Virus record (IMG/VR): IMGVR_UViG_3300042360_000498
Coordinates: 1-30,586 of that record
Reading direction: 5' to 3' (one strand)
From: a virus
Taxonomy: Duplodnaviria; Caudoviricetes
Length of the DNA: 30,586 nucleotides
Both the position numbers and the translations under genes were made by a program. Within the stretch, counting starts at the first letter, position 1. Each line of letters opens with the position of its first letter. A model generated the notes under the pieces. The model worked only from the letters and a program-made list of their open reading frames with translations. It did no database searches and had not been told where the DNA came from. Positions 19,144 to 26,527 of this stretch are shown piece by piece.

Positions 19144-19172
19144 AGTTTAACAAATTATTTGTAGAATGTCAA
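19144..19172 (-). promoter_or_regulatory. Sigma70 promoter for the Prs-like/Nampt-like operon
   Basis: TTGACA, 17 bp ending TGT, TAAACT. Confidence 0.75.
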
Positions 19173-19218
19173 TTATTAGTTTGTAAAAATTTATCTAATA
19201 TTTTTTCATAATTAACTC

Positions 19219-19491
19219 CTAAATATTTTTTAAAGTTAATTTTGCAATATCAGTATCTAGCGCAATATCTAAATTGAAATTCTGATAAATTGTTTGTTGT
19301 ATTGCTCCAAAATAAAAAAGAAATTGTTCAAAATCTTTAATACTATCAGCTAATATATCAGGAATTTCTTTATACTTACTTCTTATATAAATTTTAGAAC
19401 AATCTACAGGAATATCGTAGAATTTACTTAATATTCCTGTAGTTCTAGATAATTTAGTAAAAAAATTTTCATCATTAATAAAGTTAAACAT
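19219..19491 (-). CDS. Hypothetical protein
   Basis: SD AGGA; operon packing. Confidence 0.6.
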   Translation of the reverse strand: MFNFINDENFFTKLSRTTGILSKFYDIPVDCSKIYIRSKYKEIPDILADSIKDFEQFLFYFGAIQQTIYQNFNLDIALDTDIAKLTLKNI

Positions 19492-19500
19492 GTCATAATC

Positions 19501-19872
19501 CTAATGGTTGTAATTTTCTATAATATAATTTCTTAACATTTCTTCTAAAGAAAAATATAGTGGGCTGCATTCTTCACATTCTCTAGGAAATTTAGCATTT
19601 TCTGTAGTCATATCAAAAGTTTCATCTAATTGACAAAGTTCATCTAACATTCTATAGTCATCAACGAGTTCATTTACAACGTCATAACTATAGATTTCAT
19701 CTTCAAGATCATCAAATTCTGTTATAAGTTTTTTAATATTATCATCATTAGATTTTATTTCATTAAATAAATTTTCAATTAGTTCCTTATTCTTTTCAAC
19801 AAATTTTACTTGCTGTTCTATTAAATTAGTAATATATTGATTTCTTTCTGCATAATAATTTTCGTCAAACAT
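19501..19872 (-). CDS. Acidic hypothetical early protein
   Basis: SD AAGGA; promoter copy 6. Confidence 0.7.
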   Translation of the reverse strand: MFDENYYAERNQYITNLIEQQVKFVEKNKELIENLFNEIKSNDDNIKKLITEFDDLEDEIYSYDVVNELVDDYRMLDELCQLDETFDMTTENAKFPRECEECSPLYFSLEEMLRNYIIENYNH

Positions 19873-19907
19873 AATATAAATTCCTTACTTTGAAAGTTTG
19901 TTATTAA

Positions 19908-19967
19908 AGTGATGATTATCACCGCCTTATGTAATTACAATATCATTATTTCATGAATTTGTAAAGC
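19908..19967 (-). promoter_or_regulatory. Early promoter + leader hairpin, copy 6
   Basis: TTTACA (19965-19960), 17 bp, TATTGT (19942-19937), AGGC-GGTGAT-aatc-ATCACT. Confidence 0.8.
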
Positions 19968-20011
19968 ATAAAGTTACATATATTTGAATTATTTTCGTGA
20001 TAAATAACTTT

Positions 20012-21586
20012 ATGCAACAGTTATTTTTTGGAATTGTAGAATCCCGTGAAGACCCTCTAAAAATTGGTAGATGTCAAGTTAGAGTTTTTGGTGTTCATAC
20101 CGATGATAAAGAATTACTACCAACAGAAGACCTCCCATATGCTGTTCCTCTACAATCAGTTTCATCTGCAGGAATTTCTGGAATAGGGATTTCCCCTATA
20201 GGGTTAGTAGAAGGGTCAACAGTTGCCATAATATTTGCAGATGGTGAAGATATGCAAATACCAGTAATTCTTGGTTCACTTTTTGGAATAGGAACTCCTC
20301 TAAAAAACAATCAGCGAGGATTTACTGATAAGAATGGAATATTCCCCAAAGCAACTTTTTCTGGGAAATCAGAATTACCAACTCTTGCATCTAGAGAAAA
20401 TGAAAGTGACGATGAAGAAGTCCAAGAAACTGTTTCGTCAGGATTAATAGATGATTGGAAATCCCCTCTAAATTCTTATGACGCACAATATCCATTTAAT
20501 CAAGCAACAGTTACAGAATCTGGACATATTATGGAGTTTGATAATACACCAGATAAAGAAAGAATTAGGATAACACATAAAAATAAATCAGAAATAGAAT
20601 TCCAACCAGATGGAAATTATGTTAATAGAGTTACAAAGGATAGATATTCACTCATAGCAGGTAACGATTTCTTATCTATAAAGGGTGATTGTAAAGTTAC
20701 TGTAGAAGGCAACATTCAAATTCTATGCAATTCAAATGTTGAATTAGTAACAGATGGAAACCTCTCAATGAAAGTTGGTGGGAATTTTTTATCAAGAATT
20801 CAAGGAAAAGCTGTAATTCATTCTAGTGATGACTTATATCTTGTAAGTGATGGTAAAGCTGTTCTAAGAGGTTCTACTACACATCTTAACCCAATTTCTT
20901 TCGGTTATCCGAACGATTTAGCTCCAGAGTTAGAAATAACTGCTCTTGATGCACAAACACAACAAGATGAACCAGAAACAGATCCTGGGATATCAGACGA
21001 TAAATTTAACGAACTAAAAGAGAGGTCAAAGGTGACAGATTATAAAGGTGAGAGTGGAGCAGTTGACAACACACCACCAGCAACAGAAGGTAGACAAGAA
21101 GAAATTGTTACAGAAGGAAATTTAGAATCTACTAGTGAAGATACAATTCTTGCAGGAAATTGGAAAATAAGGGATCTAACAACTGGAGCAGTTTTCCCGC
21201 ATAAGTTACGAGGACAGGTTGGGCTTACAGAAAAACAAATTGCCGATAATTTACAACACATAGCTACAAATATCCTTCTCCCATTAGAACGAAAATATGG
21301 AAGAAAAAACATCCAGATAAATTCAGGATTTAGAAGAGCCAATGATAACTCTCAGCATTCGAAAGGTGAGGCTTTGGACTTAGTATTTAGGAACGCTAAA
21401 TCCCAAGATGACTATCAAGAAATTGCAGCTTGGATACGTGACAACTTAGCATTTGACCAACTCATAGTTGAAAGAGGAAGAAATTTTTGGATACATGTCA
21501 GTTCAACTAAACGACAAAGCAGAAAACAAGTATTGACTAGAATTAAAAGTGGTCGTTATGTTCCGGGAATAGTAGATATTATTTGA
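20012..21586 (+). CDS. Baseplate central spike, T4 gp5-like, with C-terminal M15-type Zn peptidase (start revised to 20012)
   Basis: OB-fold GIVESREDPLKIGRCQVRVFG, YPFN....TESGH..EFD.TP..ERI, beta-helix repeats, then SGFR..SQH..G.A.D..WIHVS; GATAAATA 5 nt before ATG. Confidence 0.9.
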   Translation: MQQLFFGIVESREDPLKIGRCQVRVFGVHTDDKELLPTEDLPYAVPLQSVSSAGISGIGISPIGLVEGSTVAIIFADGEDMQIPVILGSLFGIGTPLKNNQRGFTDKNGIFPKATFSGKSELPTLASRENESDDEEVQETVSSGLIDDWKSPLNSYDAQYPFNQATVTESGHIMEFDNTPDKERIRITHKNKSEIEFQPDGNYVNRVTKDRYSLIAGNDFLSIKGDCKVTVEGNIQILCNSNVELVTDGNLSMKVGGNFLSRIQGKAVIHSSDDLYLVSDGKAVLRGSTTHLNPISFGYPNDLAPELEITALDAQTQQDEPETDPGISDDKFNELKERSKVTDYKGESGAVDNTPPATEGRQEEIVTEGNLESTSEDTILAGNWKIRDLTTGAVFPHKLRGQVGLTEKQIADNLQHIATNILLPLERKYGRKNIQINSGFRRANDNSQHSKGEALDLVFRNAKSQDDYQEIAAWIRDNLAFDQLIVERGRNFWIHVSSTKRQSRKQVLTRIKSGRYVPGIVDII

Positions 21587-21629
21587 CGAATACTATTCCC
21601 GGAGTCCCTATCATAACTTTTAAAATAAT

Positions 21630-22067
21630 TTAAAAATCAATAATTCTTATAATTTTATTGAATTCGTCATCAAACGAATACATCCTAGTTGTTAATACTA
21701 GATTATATTCGGAATTAACTATTTGTTTATATTCATTAATACTTTCTATATATTTTTCTAAATTATTTTCTATATATGATGTTAATATATTTTTCCCAAT
21801 TATACTCTTTTTTGTGGGAACATTAGATTCATTAGAATTTCTTATATATTCTATTAAAGAGTAATATTTTGCAATCGAATCGAAATAACAATCTGATTGA
21901 GTTTCTGTATTAATATATTTACCTATTAATACGCTCCCATTAATCAAATATAAATCACAAGAAATTTTCTTTTCTGCTTTATTATAATTATATTTTACTC
22001 CATTAATCAAATCTGTGATATCTGATGTATATGATATAAGAGTTTTTAAATCATGATATTGTCCCAT
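21630..22067 (-). CDS. Hypothetical early protein
   Basis: SD AAGGA; promoter copy 7. Confidence 0.7.
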   Translation of the reverse strand: MGQYHDLKTLISYTSDITDLINGVKYNYNKAEKKISCDLYLINGSVLIGKYINTETQSDCYFDSIAKYYSLIEYIRNSNESNVPTKKSIIGKNILTSYIENNLEKYIESINEYKQIVNSEYNLVLTTRMYSFDDEFNKIIRIIDF

Positions 22068-22094
22068 ATAATTCCTTATGTAATTTGATTAATT

Positions 22095-22125
22095 ATATTA
22101 GCACATTTAATAACACTTGTAAAGC
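22095..22125 (-). promoter_or_regulatory. Early promoter copy 7 (no leader hairpin)
   Basis: TTTACA (22123-22118), 17 bp, TAATAT (22100-22095). Confidence 0.8.
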
Positions 22126-22153
22126 GAAAAGTGGGCATTTTACCTTTATAAAT

Positions 22154-22243
22154 TTCACTAAGCTACCCCTATAAGGGTCAGAAATTTTAGGTGCTGTAAC
22201 CTATTGATTTACAACAATAAAAAAGTGACTTTTTGATGGTTTT
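22154..22243 (-). repeat. 90-bp non-coding repeat, copy B (inverted relative to 11121..11210)
   Basis: Reverse complement matches copy A at 83/90; IHF consensus at 22209-22197. Confidence 0.92.
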
Positions 22244-22256
22244 TATCTATAAAACC

Positions 22257-22694
22257 CTAAGAAACTTTCTGTAACAATGATGGGAATACTTCTTCAATCA
22301 CTTTTCTAGAAATCCCTTTTATCTCACGCTTCATAGAAAACATCCCAGAAAGTAATTCAATTTCACTCTTGTGCATTCCTTCTAAAATAAAGTATAATTT
22401 TTCTAACTTTTTCTTGTCATCTATTACAGAATCATTTAAAAACAAATAAAGAATAGGTATAATATCTCTAAGATGTGTTCCGGCAAAATCAATATCAATT
22501 TTTGATGATAGTATCTTGTAGTCTTTAGGAAGAAAATCACAAAACCATTTCCATCTTTGTGTATCATATACATAGCATAAGAAAGTTGTTAGAAACCCAT
22601 CATTCACATGTTTCTTTAATTCTTCAACTTTTTCTTCATGCTTTTTCTTACTAGCAACTTCTTTCAATATTAATCCAAAATGTTCTTTTCTCAT
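22257..22694 (-). CDS. Conserved T4-like hypothetical protein (DUF6433-like)
   Basis: ILEGMHKSEIELL..GISRKVIEEVFP.L pattern and position after RNase H; family recalled, not searched. Confidence 0.6.
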   Translation of the reverse strand: MRKEHFGLILKEVASKKKHEEKVEELKKHVNDGFLTTFLCYVYDTQRWKWFCDFLPKDYKILSSKIDIDFAGTHLRDIIPILYLFLNDSVIDDKKKLEKLYFILEGMHKSEIELLSGMFSMKREIKGISRKVIEEVFPSLLQKVS

Positions 22695-23575
22695 TAAAAT
22701 TCCCCGACTTTTTCTAATAAATTTATTAACTGCATTTTGATAAAATATTTCTTTATCAATGTATTATTCCGTTCTTTATTATCAATATAACATTTTCTGA
22801 CTTCTTTTTGAAGATCCATAGGAATTTCTGAAAGGTCAATTAATTTTTTGTTTCGTAAAAAATTCCTACTTTCAACTACTGAATATTTATCATGCTCCAA
22901 ACTCATGAAATAATCTTTTTTCTTTTGTGTCATCACACCTTGTCGCTTTTCTTTAATGATAAAAGTATCATCATCAGAAAGAATATTAGGGATACCATCA
23001 CCTGCATCTCCACAAAGTATATGGAGTTTTAAATTATAATTTGGATTATCATTTTCTAACATCATTTTCTGTCTTGTGCAATAATTATAAACATTACTGT
23101 ATCGTTGAAGTTGTAACATATCTTTATCTGCAGAAACTATAATGTGTTGCTGTGTATTGTCGTATGAACATATAGATGCAATAATATCATCTGCTTCCAT
23201 CTTTTCAACTTTCAAAACTTTGTAGGGGAATATCAAGTCAATTTCCTTAATTATCCTATTGTAACTTTCAAAAACATCATTCCATGGAACTGTAGAATTA
23301 TCTCTAGCTTTTTTTCTACCCTGCTTGTAGTATGGGAATAAATCTTTCCTCCAAGTATTCCCAGAATCTAAACAAAGCACAACGTCACCATATTTTCTAT
23401 AAAACTTACTTCTATACATTCTTACAGAATTTAATATTAGGTGACGCAACATGTTTTCTGAAAATCCATTCTCAGAATATTCCCACTCACTAGAAACATT
23501 TCTGTTCTTAGCGTTTTCAGTAATAACAGAAACACTAGCGTGAAGAATAGCAGATAAATCAATCAGTATAGACAT
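22694..23575 (-). CDS. rnh: T4-type RNase H / 5'-3' exonuclease
   Basis: ILIDLS, WRK..FPYYK..R, EADDIIA, SADKDMLQL, GDAGDGIPNI. Confidence 0.93.
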   Translation of the reverse strand: MSILIDLSAILHASVSVITENAKNRNVSSEWEYSENGFSENMLRHLILNSVRMYRSKFYRKYGDVVLCLDSGNTWRKDLFPYYKQGRKKARDNSTVPWNDVFESYNRIIKEIDLIFPYKVLKVEKMEADDIIASICSYDNTQQHIIVSADKDMLQLQRYSNVYNYCTRQKMMLENDNPNYNLKLHILCGDAGDGIPNILSDDDTFIIKEKRQGVMTQKKKDYFMSLEHDKYSVVESRNFLRNKKLIDLSEIPMDLQKEVRKCYIDNKERNNTLIKKYFIKMQLINLLEKVGEF

Positions 23576-23581
23576 ACATAA

Positions 23582-24238
23582 CTATTCCTTAAGTTTAATT
23601 AATTTTTCATAGAATCTTTGATGTGCTAGATTTATTGCATCTGTTGATTTGAGGTCACTCTGTTCTAATCCACGATATTTAGGGACTTCGCATTCATCAG
23701 AACATGCTGTAATAATACTATAGTCACTTAAAACTAAAATGCAACAAACTTCTTCACCTCTTTTTTCCATTATCATATTTTGAATAGCAAGGCTTTCGCC
23801 ATTCTGCAATTCGTCAAACGAAATGTTTTCTAACTGTGATTTAACCATAGCTTCTATTTCTTCTTCAGATAAATCTTCAATATTTTCAATAGTAATTTTA
23901 GAAACTCTAATAGGTTTCATAACTGTCCTAAGAAAACTTACCGCAGGGTGTTCTTGGTCTCCACAATCTCTAATGATTAATCCTTCTAATAAGTTGATAA
24001 TGATATCTAATTCTAGAGGAACTTTATAATTATCACTTTCTGCAAAATACATATGGAAAAAATATAGAATTTCTTCTACGAGATATTCAAAATCTTCGCC
24101 TATATTATCACCTGTTAGTATTGTGTTGAATTTTTCAAAGTTGGGAGTTTTCAATTCCCCGCTTTTTTTAAGAGCATTTACTTTTTCACGAGCTTCATGA
24201 AATTGAATTATATTTGATTTGTTATTTTCAGATTCCAT
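23582..24238 (-). CDS. Acidic hypothetical protein
   Basis: 218-aa ORF, operon packing. Confidence 0.7.
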   Translation of the reverse strand: MESENNKSNIIQFHEAREKVNALKKSGELKTPNFEKFNTILTGDNIGEDFEYLVEEILYFFHMYFAESDNYKVPLELDIIINLLEGLIIRDCGDQEHPAVSFLRTVMKPIRVSKITIENIEDLSEEEIEAMVKSQLENISFDELQNGESLAIQNMIMEKRGEEVCCILVLSDYSIITACSDECEVPKYRGLEQSDLKSTDAINLAHQRFYEKLIKLKE

Positions 24239-24240
24239 CT

Positions 24241-25332
24241 TTACATCACTCTTAATATTATTGTGTTATTGTCAAATTTTAATTGCGGTGGCTTTTTCTT
24301 ACTCTTTATTTCATTATCAATAAATGAATCTAAACTATTTTTATTCTTACCTATAATATTAGGGAGTTGTTCTTTAGGGTTTCTTAATATTAATGAATAT
24401 GAATTAACAGTATCAACATTCGTTATTTTTTTATTCAATTTTATATAGTCATCACCTTTATATATTACACTAAGATTCCTACTAATATTATTATATATGA
24501 TTATTTTTTCAATGTCAATTCCGAAACATTTTTTAAGTGGGATTGACTTGATAGCATATTCTTCAATTTGCAAAAGTAATGGAATATCAGGAATATTCTT
24601 TATTTTTTTATTTTTTGATACTCTAACAGTTTTATTTACTATTATTAATTTATCTAATCCTTCTAAAAGTTGCTTGTAAAAATCAGTTGAATTCTTGATT
24701 TGTTTTTTGGAATGATTTCTAAATGCTTCTTGGAGTTGCTCACAATTTTTAATTTCAAGCATTTCATTATAGAGTTCTAAAACTACTCTTCTACATTCGG
24801 AATATTCCTTTGAACTCAATTTCCAAGAAATTAATTCTTCATGTATATTATCAGGTGTGTGATAATTCAAATAGAAATTTTCTATATAATCATCTAACTT
24901 ACTCATTGCATGATTATCTTTCCAGTGATTAGGAATTTTGTATTCTTGTTCTACTTTCATTCCTTTAGAATGGTTACAAAGTTTTTCTAAAGTAGACTTA
25001 AAGCGTTCAAGCATTTCTTTTGGAATTTTATCACAACCATTAACGAGCATTCTAGAAACCCAACCAATCCATAGAGGAACGTTAGTTTCATCTAATTTGT
25101 TAATGTTCTTACAGAAAGACTTATCGTAATTTTCTTTACAGTAATCTTTAAGAAATTGGAATGCTTCTTTATAAGAATATAGATAATTATAGTAATTAAA
25201 AGATTTTGTAATATCAACAGAATAATTCTTATTGTCGAAAAGAACATTTTTATTAGCGTTATTCACCCACCATTGTGGTTCATTTTTCCCAAATAATACT
25301 TGGTCTACATTCTTAATCATTTCTTTTCTCAC
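24241..25332 (-). CDS. Conserved T4-like hypothetical protein
   Basis: FNYYNY, GWVSR, YN...R.L..Y, LRNPKEQL patterns recalled from T4-like phages. Confidence 0.7.
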   Translation of the reverse strand: MRKEMIKNVDQVLFGKNEPQWWVNNANKNVLFDNKNYSVDITKSFNYYNYLYSYKEAFQFLKDYCKENYDKSFCKNINKLDETNVPLWIGWVSRMLVNGCDKIPKEMLERFKSTLEKLCNHSKGMKVEQEYKIPNHWKDNHAMSKLDDYIENFYLNYHTPDNIHEELISWKLSSKEYSECRRVVLELYNEMLEIKNCEQLQEAFRNHSKKQIKNSTDFYKQLLEGLDKLIIVNKTVRVSKNKKIKNIPDIPLLLQIEEYAIKSIPLKKCFGIDIEKIIIYNNISRNLSVIYKGDDYIKLNKKITNVDTVNSYSLILRNPKEQLPNIIGKNKNSLDSFIDNEIKSKKKPPQLKFDNNTIILRVM

Positions 25333-25363
25333 GATTTAAATTACAGAATATATAACTAAAAAT

Positions 25364-25389
25364 TGGGGAGGGTTTTTACAACCTCCCCA
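25364..25389 (-). terminator. Intrinsic terminator
   Basis: TGGGGAGG-loop-CCTCCCCA followed by ATTTTT on the minus strand. Confidence 0.7.
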
Positions 25390-25398
25390 TATTGTGAA

Positions 25399-25644
25399 TT
25401 AAACTTTACTATAAGAATTAACTCTTGTCAAGTCAAAACTTTTCCAAGTTTTACTATCAACATCAAAAACACTAATAACATTTCCATTAACAGCTTTTTC
25501 TGCTTTTAATGAATCTACATATTCTTGATTAAGTGTAGCATTGATTTTTCTAACTTCACCATTTTTTTTAGTAAAATCAATGGCAACTATACTATTTTGT
25601 AATTGTGTAATAATTTCTTGTTGATTTTCAATAATTGCGTTCAT
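25399..25644 (-). CDS. Small SH3/WYL-like protein (DUF2693-like)
   Basis: FTKKNGEVR...ATL, VFDV....WKSF; SD AGGAG. Confidence 0.75.
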   Translation of the reverse strand: MNAIIENQQEIITQLQNSIVAIDFTKKNGEVRKINATLNQEYVDSLKAEKAVNGNVISVFDVDSKTWKSFDLTRVNSYSKV

Positions 25645-25663
25645 ATTTTATATTCTCCTAATA

Positions 25664-26527
25664 TTAAATTTTATGTGTATCGTATTCTTGATCGTAAGAT
25701 TCGTTTTCGTCATTTTCTAATTCATCTTCATTTTCTTCATAGAAACTCCTGTGTTCGCTATAGTTTTTAAAAATGTCATCATCTTGCCAGTTTTCAACTT
25801 CTCCGATGACTTCATATCTGCAAGTTCTACCCTTTGTATTATTATAATCACTTGGGATAGAAACTACATCTTTTGGATTAATCTTAAGGATAACAACTCT
25901 AGAACCTCCGAAATGCGCTAGGTATGGATAAGAACAAAAATGAAATCCATAAGAACATGTATTATCACGCTTATCATCTACTTTATTCCTAGGCATTTTA
26001 AGAACTTGACCTACAGAATTATCAAATTTTCCAGAATAGATATCACGATAATCACCTGTAACTTTTTTATATGCTAAGAAATGCCCATCGTCAGTAATTG
26101 GGAATTCCCCACTTTGAATAAATAAGTAGAGTTCTTCAATAGCAGTTGCAGAAGGATTTTGCATAAGATTTTCAACAAACAGAGCAAATCCTGTAATGTC
26201 ATACCCTGTTTTAATATCATTCAATAATTTATATTGTAGTGTAGAAGGTATTGATTCGCCATCATGCAAAATTTCTTCATTTTCAGTTATTGTAAGGTTG
26301 CTAGAAATTTGTTTTGAAAATGCTTTAATTAAAAGATTTGTATTTCCATTTATAAGGGATTCTAACTGGTCATACTCTTTTGTAACTAATAGAATATTCT
26401 TGATTGTTTCAAAGTTAAGATTATCTGATTGGATAACAGTTGGTTTATTGTTTAGTAACATAGATATACTTTTATCAGATATTACCATTCCTATAGGTTT
26501 AGACATTAGATTTTTCTCCGTGTTCAA
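25664..26527 (-). CDS. rIIB: RIIB-like protein
   Basis: LYLFI..GEFPITDDGHFLAYKKV, MPRNKVDD, CSYGFH, NPKDVVSIP.DY...KGR.C.YEV; follows rIIA; likely start MSKP at 26506. Confidence 0.88.
   Translation of the reverse strand: MNTEKNLMSKPIGMVISDKSISMLLNNKPTVIQSDNLNFETIKNILLVTKEYDQLESLINGNTNLLIKAFSKQISSNLTITENEEILHDGESIPSTLQYKLLNDIKTGYDITGFALFVENLMQNPSATAIEELYLFIQSGEFPITDDGHFLAYKKVTGDYRDIYSGKFDNSVGQVLKMPRNKVDDKRDNTCSYGFHFCSYPYLAHFGGSRVVILKINPKDVVSIPSDYNNTKGRTCRYEVIGEVENWQDDDIFKNYSEHRSFYEENEDELENDENESYDQEYDTHKI

Noticed and set aside
19195-19220. Strong SD followed by MKKY*
   Set aside because: Only four codons; may be a remnant or chance, no further support
4750-22125. Repeated motif as a CRISPR array or attC integron-cassette array
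   Set aside because: Copies are kilobases apart, degenerate and explained as promoters; no cas or integrase gene, no attC core sites seen
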